Source: a virus. Taken from it: a stretch of 64,000 nucleotides of DNA. Shown here piece by piece: positions 27,032 to 35,273 of the stretch; the stretch's first letter is position 1, and every line of letters starts with the position of its first letter. A model generated the notes under the pieces. It was not told the origin of the DNA. It ran no database searches and saw nothing but the letters and a program-made list of their open reading frames with translations. Location of the stretch: IMG/VR virus record IMGVR_UViG_3300031993_000003; one strand, given 5' to 3'. The position numbers and the translations under genes were made by a program.

Positions 27032-27157
27032 ATAGGTGTCTGCGCGGGTTGCGAACTGCGCAGGTGCCGACAAGGAGGTTCCTTCGGGCCCGGCGTTAAG
27101 CCGGTGCAAAAGTGCTTCCGGTGTCGCAACGCCGGAGGTCCCGGTTCGATTCCGGCG
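27032..27157 (+). other. 126-nt GC-rich tRNA-like element with a canonical 3' T-arm (CCGG-TTCGATT-CCGG) and 6-7-bp pairing between its 5' end (GCGCGGG) and 3' end (CCGCGC-A); the internal hairpins are too long for a standard tRNA.
   Basis: U8-like TT after the 5' acceptor strand; multiple CCGG-stem hairpins inside; it could be an unusual or intron-bearing tRNA, or a tRNA-like ncRNA. Confidence 0.25.
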
Positions 27158-27680
27158 GTGCCGCGCATTTTTTATTTGAGTTTGCCGCGAGGGTGGACGT
27201 CATCCCGGAGCGCGGCAGGGTGCTTCCCGATTAAGCACAGCCGAGTAGGCCTACTGGCGAAAGGAAATCGGAAAAACGCTACCCCGGGTTGGGCGAAAGA
27301 CATAAGTCCGACGCAAGGTAGTTAGTTTGGCAATGCGATGCTATGTGGGAAAACTGCCCGTCATTGCCCCCTGATAGGCTTGCTACGCCGGCAAGCGAGC
27401 GCTAAATCAACGCACGGGGCGAAGTTTCTAACAGGTTGACCCACGTCCATTTCGAGGCGTTCCAACATTCGGGTTTCCGGATGGGAGAAACCACCCGTCA
27501 ATTCGGGCAAACTTCTAAAGCTGGCGTTTCTAGAGCGCATCGTAGCTCCCCGCGTTGGTAGCGGCGACACCGGGTTAAAATCCGTGAGCCGGCGTGCAGA
27601 CTGTGCGCCCCATGAACGAGCGGCATAATCGTAGGTGTATGACAGGTTTCCGGTCCTGGGGAGATTTAAAACCGGTTTAT

Positions 27681-27753
27681 GGCCACGTCGAATAACGGTT
27701 CAGTTCGCCGCCCTCTCAAGGCGGAAATTCGGGTTCGAGTCCCGGCGCGGCTA
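27681..27753 (+). tRNA. tRNA-Glu(CUC).
   Basis: GGCCACG-TC-GAAT…GTTC; stem CCGCC/GGCGG with loop CTCTCAA; T-arm TCGGG-TTCGAGT-CCCGG; 3' CGCGGCT-A (one A·C mismatch). Confidence 0.5.
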
Positions 27754-27757
27754 CTAA

Positions 27758-28261
27758 ATGTCAAAGCTGATTCTCATGATAGGAATCCCCGGTTGCGGCA
27801 AGTCGACCTGGGCGACCCGGTATGCACAGGAGCATCCCGGGTGTTTCGTCGTGTCCAGCGACGGAATCAGGCGGGAACTGTACGGTACGGAGGAATTCGA
27901 CCCTGACCCGGCGGTGAACATGAGAGTGTTCGCCATGGTTCGCGCCAGGGTTTCTTCCGGTATCATCAAGGGAGATGTCATAGTGGACGCGACGAACGTC
28001 CATGTGCGCGACTGGAGGCAGTACATAGAACTGTGCCCGGGAGGTACGGACTGCAGAGCCGTGCTGCTCGACGTGGGACCGGACGAGGCGATGCGCCGCC
28101 AGGAGGGACGCGAGAGAAAGGTGCCGAGGGAGGTGCTGGAGAGGATGTGGGAGACCATCGGGAGCAACCGGGGGAGAATCCCGGAGTTCTTCGGGAGATG
28201 GCTCGTAATCGGCGAAGATGGAATAGTTTCGGAGATGACACGAGAAGAGGGACGACAATGA
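27758..28261 (+). CDS. pnk: Polynucleotide 5'-kinase (T4 Pnk kinase-domain-like, P-loop).
   Basis: MSKLILMIGIPGCGKSTWA…HPGCFVVSSDGIRRE versus T4 Pnk MKKIILTIGCPGSGKSTWA…NPGFYNINRDDYRQ; 167 aa, kinase domain only. Confidence 0.7.
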   Translation: MSKLILMIGIPGCGKSTWATRYAQEHPGCFVVSSDGIRRELYGTEEFDPDPAVNMRVFAMVRARVSSGIIKGDVIVDATNVHVRDWRQYIELCPGGTDCRAVLLDVGPDEAMRRQEGRERKVPREVLERMWETIGSNRGRIPEFFGRWLVIGEDGIVSEMTREEGRQ

Positions 28262-28425
28262 AAGTTAGAGAATGGTTAGCCAGCTTGACTAAAGAACAGC
28301 TTGACAGCTATGCGCTGCTCGGGTTCGGGTTCTGGCCGCGGCTTCTCATGAAGATGACTGAAGAGGATAGCTTCAGGATAGGCTGTAAGAGCCGATACGA
28401 CTTTGCGAAGAATATGACGAGATGA
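28259..28425 (+). CDS. Small hypothetical protein.
   Basis: ATGA overlap with pnk. Confidence 0.35.
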
Positions 28426-28444
28426 AAAGAGAAGAGGTACAACA

Positions 28445-28639
28445 ATGAGCGCATGGAAGAAAACTGCCGAGGAGCTTCCCGAGAATGACGAGCCGGTGGC
28501 AATCCGCCCAAGTTTCCATGGGCGACAGTTCGCCGTATGGAACCGGAAGTGCGACTGTTGGGACGACGAGACTGGCGACGACTACATGTGCGACCGTGAC
28601 GCGGTCGAGGAATGGTACCCTATTCCATGGAACGAATAA
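28445..28639 (+). CDS. Small hypothetical protein.
   Basis: 64-aa ORF. Confidence 0.4.
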   Translation: MSAWKKTAEELPENDEPVAIRPSFHGRQFAVWNRKCDCWDDETGDDYMCDRDAVEEWYPIPWNE

Positions 28640-28649
28640 CAGGAGCGAA

Positions 28650-28833
28650 CATGAAGAAGCACGAGGATATCCCGGAAGAGACCGAGGAACAGAAGAGGGA
28701 GCGCTGGGAGAAGTCCCAGAAGAAGGCGAGGTCGTTCGCGAGGCAGTGCGGCGTGGACCTGAAGAAGATTACCAGGGAGCGCCGGAAGATTGCCATGGAG
28801 CATGCCAGGGGTTCCGAGAAGTACGACTACTGA
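28650..28833 (+). CDS. Small basic hypothetical protein.
   Basis: ORF starting MKKHEDIPEE…. Confidence 0.4.
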
Positions 28834-28842
28834 TTTTAAGGA

Positions 28843-28932
28843 GGTGTGGCCGAGAGGTTGATGGCTGCCGATTTGAAATCGGCCGAGGGCTGATGAGGTC
28901 CTCCGTGGGTTCGAATCCTACCACCTCTTCTA
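28843..28932 (+). tRNA. tRNA-Ser(UGA), type II.
   Basis: GGAGGTG-TG-GCC…GGC; stem GCCGA/TCGGC with loop TTTGAAA; variable arm GAGG…CCTC; T-arm GTGGG-TTCGAAT-CCTAC; 3' CACCTCT. Confidence 0.6.
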
Positions 28933-28983
28933 AAGATTGTATCCGAACAAAATCACGTCAAGCGGGTCGCCACGGCGGCCCGC

Positions 28984-28997
28984 TTTTGCTATATTTG
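28984..28997 (+). promoter_or_regulatory. Terminator hairpin (GCGGGTCGCCACGGCGGCCCGC) fused to the TTTTGCTATATTTG promoter.
   Basis: Exact motif; the ATG at 29003 is 6 nt downstream. Confidence 0.55.
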
Positions 28998-29002
28998 GTG
29001 GC

Positions 29003-29227
29003 ATGAAAAAGGTATTAGACTATTTTGCTGAGGCGTTCGTCCTCATGGGATTCTCCACGGCAGGTACCGGGCTGCTCGCCAGTATCGCCCTGCTGCTCGG
29101 CATGGAAGACTACGGCAAGGCACTCTTGTCGGTCACGCTGATGCTTATGGCGTCAACGCTGGTGGCGTTCGTGGCCGGGTGGGCAGCATACTTCATCGGA
29201 AGGAAGATGGGAAAATGGAAAAGGTGA
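29003..29227 (+). CDS. Small membrane protein (2 TM).
   Basis: Hydrophobic MKKVLDYFAEAFVLMGFSTAG…. Confidence 0.45.
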   Translation: MKKVLDYFAEAFVLMGFSTAGTGLLASIALLLGMEDYGKALLSVTLMLMASTLVAFVAGWAAYFIGRKMGKWKR

Positions 29228-29424
29228 TTAACGTTGCATTCACGGCGTTCGCCGTTGCACTCGGGAGTTCGCTCGGGTGCAGCCTGACTGCTATATTCGG
29301 CAAGTTCGTAGGATACGAGGAACTGACGAATACGTCTACCGTCATGAGCATGGTGATGGCTGGCATATCCGGGCTGTCCTACATAGTATACGCCATAGCG
29401 TCAAGAAAAAAGACCGGGGAGTAG
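29179..29424 (+). CDS. Small membrane protein (holin-like size, 2-3 TM).
   Basis: 81-aa hydrophobic ORF. Confidence 0.4.
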   Translation: MGSILHRKEDGKMEKVINVAFTAFAVALGSSLGCSLTAIFGKFVGYEELTNTSTVMSMVMAGISGLSYIVYAIASRKKTGE

Positions 29425-29427
29425 GAT

Positions 29428-30060
29428 ATGGGAATACTGACGGATACGGACTACTCGAACATCACGGTGGAGGAATACCGGGCGATGCAGACGTTGCTCA
29501 GGTCGGACAGGTGCGGGATACTTGTCAGTAGTCTGTGCGATTCCATGGTGGACATGGACCAGGAAGCTGCCGGATACCTCGTATCGATGATACCCGGTAT
29601 CGTGCAGGCCTATACCAAGAAGACTACTGAGCGCATCGGGAACATGCGGAACTTCATGTACATGCTGGGGAGGAACCTGTCGAGCGACAAGGTATCTACC
29701 GGTAGCCGCCGGGGTAAGCCCGCGTTCCTTACGGCAAAGTTCGAGGAACGGATGGAGCACTGGACGTGGTATGTCCTGGCGTTCGTGTTCGACTTCGCTA
29801 ACTTCCAGGAGTCCGCCAGGAAGGTGGATGCGAGCGGAGACAGGGCTACCCAGCTTACGGCATCTTCCGTATGCGAGCAGGACGAGCTTTCAAGGTGTTA
29901 CGTGGAGCGGTTCCGGAAGTTCCTGGACGACATGGAGACGACCGACGTGAAGGACCTGGTGTCCCCCACGGTATTCGACGAGTACCCGGGCATGAGGGAG
30001 TTCGTGGACTGGTGCCGGGAGAACCGGAAGGTATGGGATGACATGGGGGAGAAGAAATGA
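29428..30060 (+). CDS. Hypothetical protein.
   Basis: 210 aa. Confidence 0.5.
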   Translation: MGILTDTDYSNITVEEYRAMQTLLRSDRCGILVSSLCDSMVDMDQEAAGYLVSMIPGIVQAYTKKTTERIGNMRNFMYMLGRNLSSDKVSTGSRRGKPAFLTAKFEERMEHWTWYVLAFVFDFANFQESARKVDASGDRATQLTASSVCEQDELSRCYVERFRKFLDDMETTDVKDLVSPTVFDEYPGMREFVDWCRENRKVWDDMGEKK

Positions 30061-30452
30061 AAGATATAGGACTGAAGCCGAAGTTCGAGTTCTGCGGTGA
30101 ATACGGTTACTCCAAGGACGAGGTGGACGAGCTCTTCGAGAAGATGGAAGAGGAGCACCGCATGGAGCTGGACCAGTTCGTCATGGAGCTTGCAGGCAAG
30201 GACCTGAGGATTAGGTTATTGAACCGGCAGAAGTGGTACTCCCGGTATCTCCACGCGAGGAGCGAGAGGAAGTACTGGGAGCTGATGGAGCGGGAGAAGG
30301 TCGGTCTTGGCTGCCACTACCGGGTGACCCACCGTGCATCCGAGAAGGACGGGACCAAGCGGATGCGTACGGACGAGTGGGTGAAGATTTGGAAGAAGGT
30401 TGAGAAGAAACTGAAGAAGAAGGCCGATGAATGCCTGCAGGAGGTGAAATGA
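30057..30452 (+). CDS. Hypothetical protein.
   Basis: 131 aa; ATGA overlap. Confidence 0.5.
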   Translation: MKDIGLKPKFEFCGEYGYSKDEVDELFEKMEEEHRMELDQFVMELAGKDLRIRLLNRQKWYSRYLHARSERKYWELMEREKVGLGCHYRVTHRASEKDGTKRMRTDEWVKIWKKVEKKLKKKADECLQEVK

Positions 30453-31015
30453 TTTCGATGTATGCCGAGTACAGGACTCCCGGTGGCACCTGGCTGCTTG
30501 CCGGGAAGGGCCCGGTGATTGCCGACGTGGAGGACCTGCTGATATTCCACGGGGCATGGTGGGAGATGCTGGACGACTTCTACGAGATTGAGCCGAAGGA
30601 GCTCTCCCGGGGCCTCCGGAAGGCTGCCGGGAGCCTGAAGGAATGCGAGGTAAAGTACATTCCCTACGTGGAGTTCTGTGACCGGTGCTCAGCGTCGTAT
30701 GACGAGTTCGCTAGGTCAACCGAGACGATGTACCGTGCGCTCGGCATAGACGCCAGGGTGGTGCGAGAAGGGTGCCGCCTGCTGAACTGCATGGCCGAGG
30801 GTGACAAGAAGTACACCCCGAAGGGGGACATCAGGAAGAACTACAACCAGATGACATTCCCTGTGGACAAGGAACTGGCGATTGACCTCAACAGGAAGAG
30901 CGAGGACGCATACAAGGCCGTGGTATGGAGGGGCATACTTCATACTGTCAGGGACAGTGTAAGCGTGCGGGACATAAAGGAAGACATCAGGCTGGTGTTC
31001 GTCCGGCCGTACTAG
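30431..31015 (+). CDS. Hypothetical protein.
   Basis: 194 aa. Confidence 0.5.
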   Translation: MPAGGEMISMYAEYRTPGGTWLLAGKGPVIADVEDLLIFHGAWWEMLDDFYEIEPKELSRGLRKAAGSLKECEVKYIPYVEFCDRCSASYDEFARSTETMYRALGIDARVVREGCRLLNCMAEGDKKYTPKGDIRKNYNQMTFPVDKELAIDLNRKSEDAYKAVVWRGILHTVRDSVSVRDIKEDIRLVFVRPY

Positions 31016-31026
31016 GGGAGACTGAA

Positions 31027-31464
31027 ATGGCGATTATGTACATCTGTGCCGGACTGCTGCTGACTGCGTTCCTGGTATGGAGTTTCATTAGGGGAGACCG
31101 GCACCTGGAACAGGTGCGCCTGATGGAGATTAGGGCGAAGCTTGATTCGTTCATGAAGCTGGAGAAGGGCTGGTACGCCTATGACAATCCACCGATAGAC
31201 CCTCTTGTGATGGCCAACGCGGGATACCTTGTCGACTGCATGGAGCTTTCGGGCCAGTGCGGCCACTGGGAGGTGTTCCCTTGTGTAGACGGGACGATAC
31301 AGTTCGAGCTGGACAAGAAGCCGAACAGGTACTGGTTCATTGTAAGCGTGGAGAAGGACCACTACGTGCTGTGGACCAATTCGGACAGTTTCGCCGAGGG
31401 CAGGGTCGACAACCCGGAGGTGGTGTTCGACTGGATGCTGCGTGCGATGCCGTTCGTGAAGTAG
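31027..31464 (+). CDS. Hypothetical protein with an N-terminal TM helix.
   Basis: MAIMYICAGLLLTAFLVWSF…. Confidence 0.45.
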   Translation: MAIMYICAGLLLTAFLVWSFIRGDRHLEQVRLMEIRAKLDSFMKLEKGWYAYDNPPIDPLVMANAGYLVDCMELSGQCGHWEVFPCVDGTIQFELDKKPNRYWFIVSVEKDHYVLWTNSDSFAEGRVDNPEVVFDWMLRAMPFVK

Positions 31465-31599
31465 AAGGCTATGTCAACCCAAAGTGTTGCTATTGCATAA
31501 TCAAAAAATAAATTGCTATATTTGCAATAGGCTAACTCCCGTTCATTTCGTAGCGAAAAATGCCTGAGCAACAACTTGGGTGGACAAAGCCAAGTAGTA

Positions 31600-31612
31600 T
31601 TTGCTATATTTG
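31600..31612 (+). promoter_or_regulatory. TTTGCTATATTTG promoter 13-mer (a second, weaker copy lies at 31512-31524).
   Basis: Exact motif 31 nt upstream of the ATG at 31643. Confidence 0.55.
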
Positions 31613-31642
31613 TGTTGCAAACTTTCAGACAAAGGAAACAAG

Positions 31643-32407
31643 ATGAAGAAACTCATTGGGCTTATCGTGGTGGCACTGCTCGCGGGCTGTGCGCAGATTG
31701 ACGAGACGGAGCGCGGTGTCGTGCTCGAGTTCGGAAAGTACTCCGAGTCGTTCGACCCGGGACTCCACTTCTACAACGTGTTCACCAAGGACATCGTGCG
31801 CATCCCGGTGGCAACCCAGCTGGAGACGGTACGCATCGAGTCCGGCTCCAAGGACCTCCAGACGGTACGCGTGGAGACGAACGTGAACTACCATGTCGAC
31901 CCCCTGCAGGTGGGCAAGGTCTACTCGCAGTTCGGCAAGGCGTATGTATCTACCATATTGCAACCGAAAATCAAGGAGACGATTACCGGTATCACCCCGC
32001 AGTACGTTCCGGAGGAGATGCTCCAGAAGCGCGAGGAAATCCGTGCGAGGATGGAGACCGCGCTGAAGGAGAAGCTTGACTCCGCAAAGGCTAACATCGT
32101 AATCGACGGCTTCACCATCACTTCCTTCAGTTTCTCCCAGGCGTTCGACCGTGCTATCGAGGAGAAGCAGGTAGCCGAGCAGGAGGCTCTGCGCGAGAAG
32201 AACATCAAGATTAAGGTGGACTACCAGAACGAGCAGCGCATCGCGAAGGCGAAGGCTGACTCTGCGGTAATCGCCCTCCAGATGGAGGCCCTCAAGAAGC
32301 AGAACGGCAAGGAGTACCTGATGCTCAAGTGGATTGAGAAGTGGGACGGAAAACTACCGCAGGTCAACGCCAACGAGAAGACCATCCCGGTAATCAACAT
32401 GAATTGA
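31643..32407 (+). CDS. SPFH/band-7 (prohibitin/HflC-like) lipoprotein.
   Basis: MKKLIGLIVVALLAGCAQ signal peptide plus lipobox; the central region follows the SPFH pattern with a C-terminal coiled-coil (EEKQVAEQEALREKN…). Confidence 0.55.
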   Translation: MKKLIGLIVVALLAGCAQIDETERGVVLEFGKYSESFDPGLHFYNVFTKDIVRIPVATQLETVRIESGSKDLQTVRVETNVNYHVDPLQVGKVYSQFGKAYVSTILQPKIKETITGITPQYVPEEMLQKREEIRARMETALKEKLDSAKANIVIDGFTITSFSFSQAFDRAIEEKQVAEQEALREKNIKIKVDYQNEQRIAKAKADSAVIALQMEALKKQNGKEYLMLKWIEKWDGKLPQVNANEKTIPVINMN

Positions 32408-32420
32408 ACAGAGGCTGGCT

Positions 32421-32942
32421 ATGGAAAGAGTTACGTGGATAGACCATATACGCCTGTGCACCCGGAACCTACTGAACGAACTGATGGATACGGTGGAGAA
32501 GGAAGCGGATGGCATGAAGTCTCTCGATATGAGTTCTCGGCTGAAGCAGGCTACGGAGCGTATCCGTACAAAGCTGGAAGTCATTGACGATTTCGACAAG
32601 TACATCACCACATGCGACGAGAACAACCGGTTCGTGGATAAGACGCTGAAGCCACACCGGAGAGACTCCCTTCCTCCCCACGGTATGCCTGCTCCTGTTC
32701 CCCCTCTCCCGGAAAGGAAGGACGACTATGCGCCACCCAAGGACGGACTGGTAGGACACTGGCCTCCCCCGTACTGGGACGGGTTCAACCCCGGACAGTT
32801 CCCGTGCGAGTGCAATCCCGGGCAGTTCCCGTGCGAGACCGATTCCACCTACGTGAAGCCGTGCGAGTGGAAGCCGGCAGTTCCTGGCACGGAGACTTAC
32901 AACGTGATGTACTCGGACAAGACTTCCGGAGGCATGCAATGA
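32421..32942 (+). CDS. Hypothetical Pro-rich protein.
   Basis: 173 aa. Confidence 0.4.
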   Translation: MERVTWIDHIRLCTRNLLNELMDTVEKEADGMKSLDMSSRLKQATERIRTKLEVIDDFDKYITTCDENNRFVDKTLKPHRRDSLPPHGMPAPVPPLPERKDDYAPPKDGLVGHWPPPYWDGFNPGQFPCECNPGQFPCETDSTYVKPCEWKPAVPGTETYNVMYSDKTSGGMQ

Positions 32943-33238
32943 TTTCAGTAGTGGAAGCCGCCGAGAGTCTAGTGCACAAGTACCTCCCGGATACTGCCGG
33001 TTACGTCGACAGGCTCCGGAACGACATCTACGCGGCACTTGTCGCGGTAGGGGTGAACTCCGACATCGACCTGGACTGGGAAGGCAGTAACCGGCACGTC
33101 GTGTATTCCCCAAGGAACGCCGCGGAGGAGCTCCTGGAGAAGTACTGGCCAGAGGCCGGAATGGGCGAGGTGATTTCCGTGGAGAAGGCTATAGTTGACT
33201 CGTTGAGCCGACTGGGAGCCACCGGGATTTCCTTGTAA
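32939..33238 (+). CDS. Hypothetical protein.
   Basis: Start MISVVEAAESL…. Confidence 0.4.
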   Translation: MISVVEAAESLVHKYLPDTAGYVDRLRNDIYAALVAVGVNSDIDLDWEGSNRHVVYSPRNAAEELLEKYWPEAGMGEVISVEKAIVDSLSRLGATGISL

Positions 33239-33250
33239 ACTTCTTGCAAA

Positions 33251-33263
33251 ATTGCTATATTTG
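33251..33263 (+). promoter_or_regulatory. ATTGCTATATTTG promoter motif.
   Basis: 12/13 match. Confidence 0.45.
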
Positions 33264-33313
33264 GGACATAGGCGAAAGCCGTGTCCCATTTATAGTTTTT
33301 GGAGTTTTAACAT

Positions 33314-33661
33314 ATGAAGACAGACAGTAAGAAAAAGAAAACATTGATGCAGAAGATTGCGAAGCTCCTCGTGAAGAACCCGGTATCCTCCCGGTTCCGC
33401 CAGGTGTTCTGCCGGTGGCGCAAGGTGAAGCGCCACGGGGTGACGATTTGGTACCAGCCGGTGAAGCGTCTCCCTGGATACAGCGAGTACGACCACGAGA
33501 TGATGTTCGAGAAGGCCGTGCGCGTATCGAGGAAGTTCAAGCGGGAGTACAGCGACCGCCGCGTGGCTATACCGGTGGAGGTGTACTACTCGGGCGGCAG
33601 GCCCGGTATCGGTACCCGCATGGTGAGCTACAAGATTATGCCCTACCGCAAGGTGTTCTAG
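33314..33661 (+). CDS. Small basic hypothetical protein.
   Basis: 115 aa. Confidence 0.45.
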   Translation: MKTDSKKKKTLMQKIAKLLVKNPVSSRFRQVFCRWRKVKRHGVTIWYQPVKRLPGYSEYDHEMMFEKAVRVSRKFKREYSDRRVAIPVEVYYSGGRPGIGTRMVSYKIMPYRKVF

Positions 33662-35269
33662 TTGATTGACCCGAAGAAAAGAGCCGCTGCCGAGATGGCG
33701 ATTAAGGATGCCGTGCTGGCCATGTCAAGGACCGCCCACGGCATGCTCCCGGTGTACATGGGCATGCGCCAGAGGGCGACCGATGACCCCGCCGTTACCG
33801 TGAGGACAAACGTGGGCAACGGCGGTGTCGAGCTCGAGTACAACGTGGACTTCGTAACCAAGCTGGAGACGTCCATGCTTGGCGCAGTCGTGTACATGCA
33901 GTGCCTGAAGGTGGCGCTGCATCACTGCGACCACAGGAAGAAGGAACCGCTGGCCATGCTGAAGCTCGCGAGCGACATAGTGGTCGCCGAGTACGCGAGG
34001 AAGGTGGTGGACACGTCCAGGGCCGACAACTACGAGATTCTCAACAGGCTGTTCCCTAGCATCTGGGAGCACTGGGACGTGCTGGGCAAGCACGGGTTCA
34101 TGCCGGAGAACGACCTGGTGCTCGAGAAGCTGTTCGCCATATTCTCCGAGGAGCAGGAGTCGATAGAGAAGCAGAAGGGCATGAAGCCACGCGAGGAAAG
34201 GGAACAGTCCTCCTCCGAGGGAGAACCCGGGGAGGAAGGCGAGGAATCCGGGGAAGAGTCAGATGAAGGCGAACCGCAGGATTCCAAGTCCGGGGGTGAC
34301 GAGGGTAAAGGCGATGGAGAAGACTCTGACGATTCAGGGGAAAGTTCTCCAGGTGACTCCGGGGAGCAGCGGGAAGGCGACGGGGACAACCCGGGTGAAG
34401 GCGAGGGCGAAGGGGACAAGTCCGATGAAGGCGACGGGGAACCCGGTGACGGGGAACCCGGCGAGGGCGAAGGCGATGGAGAATCTGACGGTGACGGGGA
34501 CGCCGAAGGCGATACCGGGGATGCACCGGCAGCTCCCGGGGCAGGCACCGGTAACTACGAGGCGATGGAGAAGTACTTCTCGCTGGAGAGCGCCGAGGCC
34601 GAGACCGAGAACTGGGCGCAGGACGAGGCGGCAACCGACCGCATAACGGCGACAGTGATGGACGCGCTGGACAAGGGAATGTTCGATAGGATGCGTGGAA
34701 AGCTCCCGCTGGCCCTGCGCGATGCCAACCGGCTGAAGGTGGACACCGCCGCGATGTTCAGGAAGTTCCTTACGAGCGTGATGGATGACGAGACCAAGTC
34801 TAGCTGGGGCAGGCGGAACCGGAAGTACATGAGGTACGGGGTGATTGCCCCGGGATACCTGTATGACGAGACGCCGAGGATACTCGTTTGCGTGGACGTG
34901 TCCGGGTCGATGTACGTGGACAACCTGATAGGCGAGTGCCTGAAGGTCATGGACGCAGTGTGCAACGGGATATCGGTGGACCTGGTTTACTGGGATGCCG
35001 TGTGCAGCCCGGTGTTCGACACCCCCAAGACTATCAAGGAAGTGGAGATTTACGGTGGCGGCTATACGAACCCCGACTGCGTCCTGCAGAAGCTGGGTCC
35101 CGACAGGTTCAAGTACGACGGGCTGGTGTTCATAACCGACTGCGAGTTCTCATGGAACGAGCCTCCCCGGGCGAAACAGATTATGATACTCCGTGCCGGT
35201 GACAGGAAGTACGACTTTCCTTCCTGGTGCGTGTACAAGGATGAACTGAAGAATTTCATAAACAAATAG
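33662..35269 (+). CDS. von Willebrand factor A (vWA) domain protein with a long acidic D/E/G low-complexity linker (CobT-like).
   Basis: MIDAS motif VCVDVSGSM; ~120-aa acidic repeat EGEPGEEGEESGEESDEGE…GDGEPGEGEGDGESDGDGD. Confidence 0.6.
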   Translation: MIDPKKRAAAEMAIKDAVLAMSRTAHGMLPVYMGMRQRATDDPAVTVRTNVGNGGVELEYNVDFVTKLETSMLGAVVYMQCLKVALHHCDHRKKEPLAMLKLASDIVVAEYARKVVDTSRADNYEILNRLFPSIWEHWDVLGKHGFMPENDLVLEKLFAIFSEEQESIEKQKGMKPREEREQSSSEGEPGEEGEESGEESDEGEPQDSKSGGDEGKGDGEDSDDSGESSPGDSGEQREGDGDNPGEGEGEGDKSDEGDGEPGDGEPGEGEGDGESDGDGDAEGDTGDAPAAPGAGTGNYEAMEKYFSLESAEAETENWAQDEAATDRITATVMDALDKGMFDRMRGKLPLALRDANRLKVDTAAMFRKFLTSVMDDETKSSWGRRNRKYMRYGVIAPGYLYDETPRILVCVDVSGSMYVDNLIGECLKVMDAVCNGISVDLVYWDAVCSPVFDTPKTIKEVEIYGGGYTNPDCVLQKLGPDRFKYDGLVFITDCEFSWNEPPRAKQIMILRAGDRKYDFPSWCVYKDELKNFINK

Positions 35270-35273
35270 TCCA

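Noticed and set aside
27032-27680. tmRNA or RNase P RNA.
   Set aside because: Only a T-arm and acceptor-like 3' end with partial P4-like strings were seen. There is no tmRNA tag reading frame or pseudoknot series and no GGAAAGUCCGGGCUCC P4 core. This is kept only as an unassigned candidate ncRNA.
28485-29006. 173-aa + strand ORF.
   Set aside because: It runs straight through tRNA-Ser(UGA) and the terminator-promoter cassette. The products are Arg/Gly-rich and low-complexity, whereas the short genes in the other frames are better supported.
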